From positions 619,506 through 683,505 of the forward strand of contig BCKZ01000010.1 of assembly GCA_001600815.1 (NCBI GenBank): 64,000 bases of DNA, read 5' to 3'. Positions 36,188-48,240 of the stretch are shown here, one piece after another (positions within the stretch are counted from its first letter, which is position 1; every line of letters starts with the position of its first letter). This DNA is from Alloascoidea hylecoeti. Its lineage: Eukaryota. Below the pieces are notes generated by a model. It did not search any database, was not told the DNA's origin, and worked only from the letters and a program-made list of their open reading frames with translations. The translations under genes were made by a program, and so were the position numbers.

Positions 36188-36997
36188 TTAAAATTTGGCA
36201 GCTAAATGAGAACCACCGTCTAATGGAATAATTACACCAGTAAGATAGTTGGCACTTTTGGAAACCAAGAAGGCGGTTAAGGCTTGCATATCTTCTTTTT
36301 TCCCTAATCTTCCACGAGGGATACCAGCACCCATTTCTGCCTCACCTCCTCTTAATTTAACTACACCATTTGTCATTCTAGTTGGGAAAAACCCAGGTGC
36401 AATAACGTTAACCGTTATCTTTCTTGGACCTAACTCTTGAGCCAAATTTTTTGCAACATGATGAATTGCAGCCTTTGAAGCGGCGTAACCCCAAGTACCT
36501 CCAACACCGTGAACGTATGTTAAAGAAGCAATTGAACCCATAATTATAACTCTGGAAGGATCTTCCACCGAGCCAGCATTTTCCAAATTCTTAACAAAAG
36601 CTTGAATGGATTGGAAAACACCTTTGACATTTAACTTCATTACTTTGTCAAAAGCAGCATCAGGATGGGTGTCAAATGGTTCACCCCATGTAGCACCAGC
36701 ATTTGCAATTAGGATATCCAATTTCCCAGATGGTTCAAGTTTAACGAATTCATCATGTAAATGTTTATTACCTTCAAATGAGGATACATCGGCAGGAATT
36801 GCAAAAGCTCTACCCTTACCGTATTTAGCATCCAGTCCGGCAACCGTTTCGGCACAAGCTTTAGCATTGCGTGAAGAGAGATATACTTTTGAAATACCAT
36901 TGTCTAACAAAGATTCGACACAGTAAAGACCAAGGCCTCTAGAACCACCGGTAACGATGGCGACTTTTCCTTTGACAGAAGTAGAATAAGTTGACAT
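36188..36997 (-). CDS. Short-chain dehydrogenase/reductase, possibly peroxisomal
   Basis: TGGSRGLG, ANAG, YAASK, VNVIAPG and DGG motifs; likely start MSTYS; ends AKF (PTS1-like). Confidence 0.9.
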   Translation of the reverse strand: MSTYSTSVKGKVAIVTGGSRGLGLYCVESLLDNGISKVYLSSRNAKACAETVAGLDAKYGKGRAFAIPADVSSFEGNKHLHDEFVKLEPSGKLDILIANAGATWGEPFDTHPDAAFDKVMKLNVKGVFQSIQAFVKNLENAGSVEDPSRVIIMGSIASLTYVHGVGGTWGYAASKAAIHHVAKNLAQELGPRKITVNVIAPGFFPTRMTNGVVKLRGGEAEMGAGIPRGRLGKKEDMQALTAFLVSKSANYLTGVIIPLDGGSHLAAKF

Positions 36998-37178
36998 TTT
37001 TGAAATTGGAAGTTGGTAAAAAAGATGGGGGGAAAAGATTAAATTTAAATATCTTGCAGCAAGAACCATATGCATATGTAAAAGGCCCTGATTATAATAT
37101 AGTATCTGGTCAGGGTAACTTTTGCCGCTCCTTTAAGGAAAGAGGTCCAAACTCTATTTCGTTTCCTTTGCTGCAGAA

Positions 37179-38120
37179 ATGATTGGCAACCGGCTGCTGC
37201 TTGGAAACACAGAAACCCTCATGCACCCGCGTGCCAGAGCAGTAGTGCGCAATTCCTCGGGAACTTGTCTTGACGGTCCACAACACTCTGTTTGGCGTAG
37301 AGGCTTTGCTCGATTCTGTTCGGTTGCTGGGTTTCCATTTCGTGTTTTGTTGTTGTTTTCTCACTCAACAAATAATGATCAAACCTCATCGAAGGCGTTG
37401 GACAATTTATCTCCTTTGGTGTCTAATTTTCCTACTCTGCCTAAGATAGTCGAAGCAGATGATGAGAAGGACTCTATAGCTTTCACTCATTTCCACCCTC
37501 CGCCTACCCCAAGGCATTTTCATATACAAAGTGGACCACAGATACTGGGCCCGAAGTATAAACCGTCAAGGAAAACCTTAGTATTGGATTTAGATGAAAC
37601 TCTAATACATTCTTTATCAAGGGGCTCTCGAATCTCTTCGGCTTATATGATTGAGGTTAAACTAGGAACCCAAAGGGCCACATTATATTATGTTTATAAG
37701 AGGCCTTATTGTGATGAGTTTTTGAAAGAGGTTTCTAAATGGTATGATTTGGTTGTATTTACAGCATCGATGAAAGAATACGCAGATCCAGTTATTGATT
37801 GGCTGGAATCTGATCAAAAATACTTTTCCAAAAAATTCTATAAACATAATTGTACTTATTTACCAAAAAAAGGTTGTTATGTTAAAGATTTATCTGTTGT
37901 TGAAAAAGATTTATCAAAAATTATTATACTGGATAACTCTCCAAGTAGTTATGCTTTTCATAAAGATAATGCAATAAGTATTGAAAGTTGGGCAAATGAT
38001 ATTTATGATACAGATTTATTACATTTAATTCCAGTATTAAAAAGTTTATGCTTTGTTTCTGATGTAAGGGCATTATTATCTTTAAAGAGGTCAGAGGCGG
38101 CCTTTGCCGAAATAAAATAA
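37179..38120 (+). CDS. NEM1: NIF/FCP1-family HAD phosphatase, Nem1/Dullard-like
   Basis: KTLVLDLDETLIHS; LYYVYKRPYCDEFL..WYDLVVFTASMKEYADPVIDWLE; ILDNSP; DVRALLSLK. Confidence 0.8.
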   Translation: MIGNRLLLGNTETLMHPRARAVVRNSSGTCLDGPQHSVWRRGFARFCSVAGFPFRVLLLFSHSTNNDQTSSKALDNLSPLVSNFPTLPKIVEADDEKDSIAFTHFHPPPTPRHFHIQSGPQILGPKYKPSRKTLVLDLDETLIHSLSRGSRISSAYMIEVKLGTQRATLYYVYKRPYCDEFLKEVSKWYDLVVFTASMKEYADPVIDWLESDQKYFSKKFYKHNCTYLPKKGCYVKDLSVVEKDLSKIIILDNSPSSYAFHKDNAISIESWANDIYDTDLLHLIPVLKSLCFVSDVRALLSLKRSEAAFAEIK

Positions 38121-40133
38121 ACCATTAATCACCCAACCTTCTCTTTCGTTTTTGATTTTCATCGTCATCATTATCATCATCATTATCATAATTGCCATCA
38201 CTGTTATCATTCTCATTATTAACATCATTTTTTCATCCATTAATATTGTTATTGTTGTATTGCATTTTTCATCTCCATTTCACTTCCATATCGGTATATC
38301 ATATCGCGTCATATTTTACTTGATTTATTTATTTTCTTATTTTACATATTAACATCACTAATTAATCTAATTCCTAAAACACAAAAACAATAAACTTGTG
38401 AAAACAATTTTTGTTCTCGTAACTATTAACATCAGGTTCTCAAACACTTCTCATAATCGTTATATCCTTACATTTATAGTTTACCAGATACAGTTCATAA
38501 AGTTTTTTTCTTTCTGTATAATCATATACATGTATATCCTATAACTAGATTCTTTTGTAAAAGCGTTCATTAATATTAATATATTATATCGAGGGTGAAT
38601 AAGGATTCAAAGAATTCATACATATTTTGTTATTAAACCTTGTGAGTTTTGTAAAGATGATAATACAATTATGTATTAAGCCTGACTAATTAAACTACTG
38701 ATAGAATCTACATGAGCTAAACACAAGTTTATAGCCAGATATATCCTTGGCTAGTGGCAGTGATATATTCAAAGGAACCTCTTAATATTTCCTGATCGCA
38801 GTTTATCAAGAAGTAATATTTCTTTTGTGTCAAATTTTACTATTGCGGGGAAACCGAAGAACACTTAAGGTTTAGAAATTGGGTTCATTTGCATTTGTTC
38901 TTTCGTATATATGTCAATATTAGACATCGATCAATTCGGTACTATCGGAATGTCATTGTTCTGTACCGGTACCATTTTATTAATAAGCTAGTGTAAGGGC
39001 ACCCGGCTACTACCCGACTACTACCCGCACAAACAAAGAACTCGCAACTTGGCCACCGATCCGTGCGGGTGAATTGATCGATGTCTCTTCCACTGTATGT
39101 GATCTGCCGCCTAGCGCTAGCAATTCGCAGATTCCACACCACCATATCCACTTGTTGATTTGGTCACTGTTCGGCCATGCTACAAATTATCGACCCCTTC
39201 ACTAATTAAAAGTCTCAATACTATAAGCTCGAGCAATATACTCATAATATAACTCTAGTGTAGAAAAAGTAATTAATGAAGGTGATGACCGAACATTAGT
39301 GCATTACTTGGTCAGAATATTCTGTTCAAAAAATGCGAATAATTAGTTTACCATATGGCCTAAATCAAATGGAATGACTTTATAGTGACTTGCAATTTCT
39401 GTTGTAATAATTTCCAATTATAACTGTTTATATATGCTTAATTACTAGGATTGGGCCTGAAATGAAATATAAAATAAAAAAGTATTATTTGCTGTTCAAT
39501 GGTCAGTTTCAAAAAACAAATTTAAAACAAATCTTATAATGATTATTAAGGAACAATAATAATAGCAATAACAATAAAAATAAAAATAATAATATATAAA
39601 TAATATATATAATAATATAGAACTAGATCTTAGTTTAGTGTTACAATTACTCAATGATCTTTATTCTTTCCTTTTATTTTTCCCACAAATGCATGATGAA
39701 AAGTAAAGTGTCTCTAATTATGACTAAAAAAGAAAAAAAATAACATAATTATAAAGTGTTATACATCCCATGTATTTAGATATATCAATCAATCTCAATG
39801 AGTGAATTGAATGGTGAGTGTGAGAGAATGATATCTATACTATAGGTATATCTATAAGATAAATCAATGCTACTGAAATTTAAAGTAGCAATAACAATAT
39901 CAATGAACAAGCAGAAATCTAAAGCAGCATTAATAAATAAAATAAAAACAAATAAAAAGAAACAAATAAAAAGAAACAAATAAAAAGAAACAAATAAATA
40001 AAAAAATATTTAATAATTAATAACAAACGAAACCCCAATTAATATTGCAATGGTAATTATAAATATTATAGAAAATAAAATCAATATTGTTTATCACAAG
40101 TTAAATCAATTAACTTCCATCATTTTTTTATTT

Positions 40134-41762
40134 TTATTTAAACCACCCTAAACTATTAGGACTTTTTGTGATTGAAGTCTGACTATTAGAAGTCGTTGAA
40201 CTATTTGTATTTGATGAAGCAGTAGTCTCAGAAGACGCCTCAGAAAGAATACTAGTCCTGTTTTCAGTAGTGGTTAATGGTTTCTCAATAATTGGATGAA
40301 TAGTTTCAAGATCGGTATTATTATTATTTAAAGAATGCTCGTTCTCATTTGAGGTTTCAGAAATTGAGTCTATACTTTGTTTTGAAGATAATGATCCGTG
40401 TCTTGAATTTGAACCGCCCCGAACTTTTATTGGTTTTACAATTCGTAGATTAATACCAACTCTTGAATCCCGTTGGTGATTACTACAACTACTTGCCACT
40501 GTTTTTCTTGATTGTGATGTTGCAGAGCGTGTTAGGCTAGTAGCATTTGCAAGTTTATCAGAGATTTGTTCACTTTCAGAATCACTATTATTTGTCATTC
40601 CAAAGAAGGAATATGATGGGGATCTCACATTAGTACCAATACTATTTGTGGTACTTGTTGATGCCATACTATTGATTCTTTCAATTCTTTTGATCGGTCT
40701 AGATCTAGATCTTGGTGAATAAATCGGTTGTTGTTGAACTTGAGCCAATTGTTGATTTTGTTGTTGAAGTTGTTGATTTTGCTGTTGAAGCTGTTGATTC
40801 TGTTGTTGAAGTTGTTGATTTCGTTGTTGATTTTGTAAATTTGTTTGTTGAACTTGAGCTAATTGTGAATTTTGTTCTTTATTAATCATTTCTAAAGTAT
40901 TAAATTTATTTTCTAATTCTTTTAATCTTTCATCATTTTTTAAAATAATTAAATCTTTTTCATCAATTTTTAATTTTAAATTATCATTTTCATTTTTTAA
41001 ATAATTTCCATGTTTTGAACTTTCATTTTCATCTTCCATTAATTGTTTTAATGATTCTTCCATTTGTTTTTCATGACCTTGTAGAAGATTGAAATTATTT
41101 TGTGATTCTGTTAATTGTTCTTTATATTCATCTGCTTCCATTTGAACCTCAATAAATTTTGAAAGTTGATCAGTTAAATCAGTCATTAGATTTTCATTCA
41201 TACTTGTTAAATCTCGAACTTGTTGTTGTAATCTTGAAACAATTACAGAATTATCATTCATATTTGGGGAAATAGCATCTTTAGGAGGTGGGGCTGGAGG
41301 GAGATTTCCTGACTTTGCATCTTCTAATAGCTGTTTGAACTTTTTTATCGAATCAGGAGTTATGGTTTTTTGAGAAAGCATCTTGTCACAGTACTCATTC
41401 AACGCATTAGCCGACATTAATATCTTTGACTTGTTCGACGAACCTACTACATCCGATGTATTGCTATTATTATCAACAAACAATGAAGATTGATTAGGCC
41501 GTGGAGTCGCATCATCATCGTTTTGATAAAGCTTAATTGATTTCTCTATTTTTCGATGAATAGCACTTAAAGTCTTATCTGATCTTTCGGAATGTTTCAT
41601 TGATAATAATCTATCGATGAATTCTGAAATTTTGTTAAGGTTAACATCTTCATCATCTTCTGATTGAGAAAATGGGGTTTGAGGTAGAATTGAATTGGCA
41701 TCTTGTGTGATGGCCGCCTCAAGTTTCGTATTATGTGAGTTGTTTCCTTCGTGTGATGTCAT
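40134..41762 (-). CDS. Coiled-coil protein resembling the kinesin-1/Smy1 stalk-tail, without a motor domain
   Basis: QQQVRDLTSMNENLMTDLTDQLSKFIEVQMEADEYKEQ resembles the fungal kinesin-1 tail coil; GINLRIVKPIKVRGG is IAK-like; ends GWFK; no P-loop, SSRSH or DLAGSE; directly downstream of VMA5. Confidence 0.7.
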   Translation of the reverse strand: MTSHEGNNSHNTKLEAAITQDANSILPQTPFSQSEDDEDVNLNKISEFIDRLLSMKHSERSDKTLSAIHRKIEKSIKLYQNDDDATPRPNQSSLFVDNNSNTSDVVGSSNKSKILMSANALNEYCDKMLSQKTITPDSIKKFKQLLEDAKSGNLPPAPPPKDAISPNMNDNSVIVSRLQQQVRDLTSMNENLMTDLTDQLSKFIEVQMEADEYKEQLTESQNNFNLLQGHEKQMEESLKQLMEDENESSKHGNYLKNENDNLKLKIDEKDLIILKNDERLKELENKFNTLEMINKEQNSQLAQVQQTNLQNQQRNQQLQQQNQQLQQQNQQLQQQNQQLAQVQQQPIYSPRSRSRPIKRIERINSMASTSTTNSIGTNVRSPSYSFFGMTNNSDSESEQISDKLANATSLTRSATSQSRKTVASSCSNHQRDSRVGINLRIVKPIKVRGGSNSRHGSLSSKQSIDSISETSNENEHSLNNNNTDLETIHPIIEKPLTTTENRTSILSEASSETTASSNTNSSTTSNSQTSITKSPNSLGWFK

Positions 41763-42541
41763 TTCGAATTGAGATTTCGCCAGAGCCCAAGAATATATAA
41801 TCCAGCTCTAACACAAGTGTAAACGATTGTATATAAAAGAGTCCGTGTTCTATGTTGGTGGTGGGTTTTGTATTATGCTTCTGTGTCGGCGGTGGGTATT
41901 GTTTGATTATTTTGTGTAGTATCTGCGTAAAAAACGTGTTGGTGAGCAAAGTAAGGCAGAATCAGGAAAAGGTAAGGATTCCGGAAAAATTAGGTGGGTT
42001 TATGAGGTGTGGATGTCTTTGTATCCTACGAATATTTCCATATATGAGAGGTTGGGTTTGTTTGTGTCCAAAGGCAATAGATTGCAATGGATATGATGTG
42101 GAAGGTTGTAACAGTCGCGCCTTAACGTAAAACATTTTGCATGCATTATAGGTTCTAAGTTACAATGAAAATATATGTCTGTCTTTGGCTGCAATTAACA
42201 TGAAACGCGAAACTTCACATATTAAGAATTTAAATAAAATTCAAAATAAAAATCCAAAATTAAATGATATAATTGATTATAATTATGAATTTATGAGATA
42301 TAGAAGCATTATACGATGAATGTGTCCCTGCAGATGTCAAATTCATAGATATACCATAATTGCTATGTATCTAGTACTATCTACCTATTTATCAGGATGG
42401 TCAGATATACTTCAATTGTCACCGATATCTATTAATATCTTCAACTCAAGTGCAATAAAACAGGTTTCCAAGAAATATCTAAATGACGAATCTTATTGTA
42501 GATTTACTTATATATTAGAGCTGCAGTTAATGCTGTAACGT

Positions 42542-43943
42542 TTATAATATTTCAACACTATAAAAGGCAAATGGTTCATACTCAGTATCAACAAGGGAAC
42601 CATATTCATTTAGGCTGCTGTCATTTTTAACACGTCCCTTTTTATCAGTAGCAAATGCATTACCACCCAAATAACCATATTGTGAAATCAATGTTTCTTT
42701 TACTTTTTTCAATTGTTTTGATGGTGGTTTAATAATACTACATACAAATGTAGGAGGTAAACCATATCTTAAAACACTTTCAACAAAGATTCTAATTGCT
42801 TTTAAATGAAACCAAGCTTGAAAAATATCACTATAAGCTGTTTTAGCTAATCTAACAACTTCACCACGTAATTTATGTTCTGTTTGTGCAGCCATCTGTT
42901 GTTCTCTTCTCATTTCTTCAATAAGTCCTTCAGAAAATTTAAATTCTCTTGGTGTCCATTTTTGTTCACGACATTTTTGAACAAATTGTGGGACATATTT
43001 TTTAAATAATGAAACATTAAATAAAATATATTCATTATCTTCAGCAATTATATTTGAACTTCTTGGTACAACAAATGGTACTAAAGTTTCATAACTTCCT
43101 AAAAATTCTTTACGTAAATTTTTTGGAACTGCAACTAAAACCGTTTGTAAATGATCACTATCTAAAATAAAATGACTTGAATTTACAATATCATGTAATG
43201 ATTTGACTGATAGATCACCAGTTTGTTTTCTATCAACAGCAGAAAGATTGGTTTTAGCAGCTGAATAACTTGCGAATGTTGTACGGACATCAGTATCCAA
43301 AGAAAAGGCTTCCTATTAATAGAAGATAAAAGTGTTAGTAACTGATAAAGAGTGTGTCAAAGTATGTGTATGCGTTTCCTACATTTGTAATTAATTCAAT
43401 TAATTCTGAGATTGGTTTATCAATTCTGTATTTACTAGTATTCCATTGAAAGTTCTTTATATAAGCATCGGGGGATTCTATTAAATGAAGATATAATGTT
43501 AGTGAGATAGAATATTCAAATCAAAATCCGCATAACAATAATAATGATAATTATAGTTTCAAGGAAATTCAATAACAAAAACGAAAAGAACAATAGAACA
43601 TAATATGATATAGATAATACTTACTATCATTAACTCTCTTGGACGCATTAACCAATCCAGTATTCCCATCATAAATCAAACTTAAGATATCAGCTACTTT
43701 AGCAACGGCACTACCCAATTGAGTATCAATTTTACCTAATTCTTCGGATTGACTAATCAAATTATCCAAAGTACCAATTTTCAAAGATGGAATCTTAAAA
43801 GGAGTAATATCTTGACCAGTTATACCCAAGTTATTCACAGACCATAAATTAAACTGTGTTTCTGGAGAACTGTGGCCATTTGTTGGAACGGCACTTGAAG
43901 GAAGCGAAACTATATAATATGATGTTCCAGTAAGCTCGGCCAT
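42542..43943 (-). CDS. VMA5: V-ATPase V1 subunit C (3 exons)
   Basis: FKIPSLKIGTLDNL; FQWNTSKYRIDK; RKQTGDLSVKSL; YETLVPFVVPRS; FVESVLRYGLPP; EYEPF. The second intron has a GTAGGA donor. Confidence 0.95.
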
Positions 43944-44372
43944 TGTCCTTTTTCTTTGTATGTGTTCTTGTTGATCGAAGAACAAAAGAAAGATATGGCT
44001 GGGATACACTGGGTGCACGGGTGTTCTAACTGGAGTCACGTTTACTTATATTAACTACGAGGAGTACAAAAGATAACTTTCATCATCGGTTTGCGCTGCG
44101 CTGGAAACAAATATAATAAAGAAACCAAAGTCTTATTTAAAATAAGAATGAAAGATTTCTTTTCAAAATGTGAAAAGTATAGATTACTGATATCATGTTA
44201 AAATGTAAAAAATGGAATAAATTTGCAAAAGATGTTTTTTATAGTATATCTTGGCCGTACCCGTATAATGTCTGTTAAGGATATAAATTGCAAACAAATT
44301 GCAAACACAATAACAATATATATTATACGTATGCTATTTGATATTTATAGTAATCTTTCATTAATATTCTTT

Positions 44373-46163
44373 TTATTTCCCTTTACCCATTTTAAACCAC
44401 TTAGGAATGGATTTAGTATTCTTAGCACCACCAGATCGAAGTACAGAACCTGAAAATATCGTGTTAGTGTTCTTTGTTTCTTTTTTAGTACTGGATTCTG
44501 GAGTATTATCTTCACCATCTTTATAATATTGGACATTTCTATCCAAAGCAACATCTTTAGATTCCGTAATATCTTTTGCCCCTTTGAGTATTTCATCTTT
44601 TAAAATATTAGTTTTAATATCATCAATATTATTATTTTCTTTATCCCAAGTAAAAGTAAGCATTGTTCTGTTTGAAAATTTACAATCTTTAACTAATTGG
44701 CTTGAAGGATCTAAATCTATAAGATTAATTCTTGGGAAATTTAAATTAAGATTGAATCTTTTATCTGGATAATTGATCGATGATTTAATAAATGATATAA
44801 TATCACCAACTATATACATATCAAAGTTAGTAAAAATTTATTCTTATCAAAAAAATGAAAATGAACTACTTACCTGTTTCATTTGGTCTAAAAGTCGCGT
44901 GAAGAAGATTTTGCCCCGGGAATCTAATTCTTACTTCACACTATATAATAAATTAATATTAGTAATGAAAAACAAAAAGTAGCATCATGTATACAAACCA
45001 TACACTTTTGATCTGATGTTTTTTCTCAGGTTTTGCTTTTTCACGTAAATTTTTGGTTAAGAGTGGACCATTCCCACTTCCTGCACGATTAGCAAGAAGA
45101 TTCTGATACTGTTTCGCCTGTGAAACAGTTAATTCATAATCTTCCTTTTGTTCTATATAAAATTGTTAGTAATTGTTCATTAAATAATAATTTTGATAAA
45201 TGACTTACCATCAGGAACCACTGGCTCTTTCGAAGCTTTATATACTATGACTTTTCGAGGATCAGGAGAGGCATCCTCCATTACAACATCTTCTTTTTCT
45301 GTTTTTATATTTATATTGTTATCATTTGTTGATATTTCTTGTTGTTTGTGTTCTTCTAGGGGTGTTTTATCTTTAGGCGGTGATTCTGGTTTTGTTAATT
45401 CCTTGACTATTGGGGTTGTTTCTGTTTCGATTTTTTTTTCTTCTACAACTTTAGTCTGAGCAGTCAAAGTATTTGGAGATGAACTAAATAAGAGTGGGTA
45501 TTTTTCAAAAACATTATTAAATAAAATATCTGTTTTTTCAAATCGAACTCGTAAAACACTATTCCCACCATTCATACCAAAAGAACTTAAAGGTTTATTT
45601 AAATCATCTAATTCTTTAATTAAAACACTTAATGTTTGTACTATAGGTTTTTCATATAAAAAATTATCACTTCCTTTTATTGGAACGGCTCGTGTTGTTA
45701 AATTAATTTCCCCATTATTCCGAATTTCAAAATATTTTAAAATTGACCAGATTGTAGTTGATGATTCAAATGTTGAAGTCAAGGAAGATGGAGATATAGA
45801 AGATGGGATAACATCATTTCCAATGATTTGTAATTTAATTGTAATTTGTTTTGATGATGTAGCATTCTTTTTGGAAGATTTAATTATTGTGAGTTTTGCC
45901 CCTTGTGGTAAAGCAGAAAGACGAATTGGTAAGGAAAGATCTAGTACTGCGTTTGAATGTCTGATAAAGTATAGTTTCCAAGTCAGTTTATTATTATTCA
46001 AAAGAATACATATAAGATCAAATACATACTTTAGACTCAATTGAGTTATATCCTTCAATTGAAAAACAGAGGCGGCTTTTTGCAAAACATCATTCAGCAA
46101 CATTCCTGGGGTTGTTTTGATCTTTACATTCCTAAGACCATAAGAGACATTAATCTGTGACAT
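44373..46163 (-). CDS. UBX4: TUG/ASPL-family UBX protein (~5 exons)
   Basis: N-terminal ubiquitin-like domain (LDLSLPIRLSALPQGAKL); YELTVSQAKQYQ..GPLLTK; VRIRFP; C-terminal IPKWFKMGK. Confidence 0.8.
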
Positions 46164-47496
46164 GTTTTGTTAAGGGTTTCAATTATGGTAAGTAAGTCTA
46201 TTAACAGAGAGTTCGATGGCGATTGATGATTAAATGTTTTTGCAATTGTAATTTTAGTCACGTGTTGCTATAGATCGTACAATATTTTCTGACACTATAG
46301 GTATAAATTGTATCTTAACCACGTTAAGTTTTCTTAGAAAATCACTGTTTTTGTTACTATACTCTTAGATATTCTGATCAAGGTTTTCTTGTTATCTCTT
46401 TTTACAATTATTGCTAAGCGTTTCATTTGAAGTTCTATAAAAGTGTTTTTATATGTTGGCCCTAAAATAAACACATACACATAATTACCTAATTAGAAAT
46501 GTCAAAAGCACTTCTACGAAGAAAGTTGGTACCGCGTATTATAATAACTTATATATATACCTATAGCTAATTACTAGCGCTTGCTTTCTGGTACAATGAA
46601 CCTTTTTTTGAGGTCAATTGTCGGCGGGATTTGTTACTATCTCGTCGTGGAAGGAAAGCTACAACGATGATCATCTATAACAAAAATGACAATGTTGTCT
46701 CACCTGGGTGTACTCCAAACATTATAAAAGGTAAAGCTATTCATCTGGTCTTCCAACTGTAGGTATTTTAAAAAGTTAAGTTTATAGCGCATTCAAATTT
46801 TTTTTCTTTTTTTTGAGAGAGTTTTGACTTGACATTGAGTTCCGCGAAATAATTGAATATAGTTGAAAGCTGTTTTTAAGATATATATACCAATCAATGA
46901 TATTTCTTATATCTTATAAATATCTATATATCTTCTTATAATTATGTAAGTATCTATTGTTTGGCATCAGTTTATGTGTCTTCCTAATTTGGAAAGGGTG
47001 GCAGCTAATACATAACCATACCAATAATAATGACAACAATTACTTGATATAGTCCTATAGGAGGAATGCTGCATTAGATATGTAATTAACATCTTACTCC
47101 AGGTGAAGTGAAGTACTTAACAGTATAGATCAATTCCAAACAATTCTGAAAGCGATCGTAAATTTGTTTTATAAGCGGTATTTCCAATATTAAACCAAAA
47201 AGATTACGATCGAGAAAAGAGTAGAATAATGATAAAGTATTATGGAAAGAGAACCATATAGAACTAAAAAAAACTAAAGGATTTGATATCTATTCATATT
47301 AAGGTATTAATTAATTGAAAGATTGATGAGTCGTTTACTATTATAAACTTTATAGCTAAGAGTACAATATTATTTATACCGGATTCAGAGTGGACATAAT
47401 AAAAAAAAATTGGAAATATAAAATCTTCTTATTTCAACTTTCTCATTTATTTCCCCATATATTTGAAATTAAAAAAATTGTCACCTTCAATCAAAA

Positions 47497-48240
47497 ATGG
47501 ACGAAACAAATTTTGATAACAATTTGGACAACCATGCACCTCCAACATCAATTAGAACGGTAGGAAAGTACTCAAATACTAGTATTACCACTGGCAATAC
47601 AGATGTACCAGCAGCTTCTTATGAGGAGGAATTGAATAAGGCTCCAGATTATAATACTGACTCTGCGTTGATGTCGCTAGCAAGCTTAAGTTTGCACTCT
47701 GTATCCTCATCTGAGTGCACTTATGAAGAAAATTTTTAAAATTAAAACGGATGTTGAAAGTAGCACCAATTAAAGATACATTGGAACATCTGGAGTTCAA
47801 AATTTACGGTTAAAAGCTATTCCGAACATTGATCTTTTTAAAGAGAAATATGAAAAATTGAATGGGAAACTTAAAAGTCATGTTCATGATAAATCGATTT
47901 CAAGACCAAAATCAAAATTAAAGCTTAAATTGAGACTGGATTTAAAAGCAGATTCAAACCCGATGAATAAAATAATAAACCCAAAAACAATAAAAAATCT
48001 AAAAGAAAACTTGGTGAAAGTGCTCTGAAAATATGCATATGTTGTGGGGAAACATTTGATACACAGAACCGCGACACTCCATCTAGAAAATCTTGTAATG
48101 CTTGTGGTTTGTTTTGGGACAAGTGTGCGAAAGAACTTGGGGAGAATTGGCTAATCATTTTTGAAGGTGGAGGATAGCTAATAACAAACAGAAGGAGAGA
48201 AAAAAGTCTCTCATGTTTGCTTATAAGGAAGCACAAATCA
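47497..48240 (+). pseudogene. Disrupted GATA-type zinc-finger transcription factor gene
   Basis: ORF 47497-47739 followed by stops and shifts, then KICICCGETFDTQNRDTPSRKSCNACGLFW (48034-48117) with C-x2-C-x16-C-x2-C spacing. Confidence 0.7.

Noticed and set aside
41731..42538. Small ORFs between VMA5 and the kinesin-tail gene as possible motor exons
   Set aside because: No kinesin motor motifs and insufficient length.
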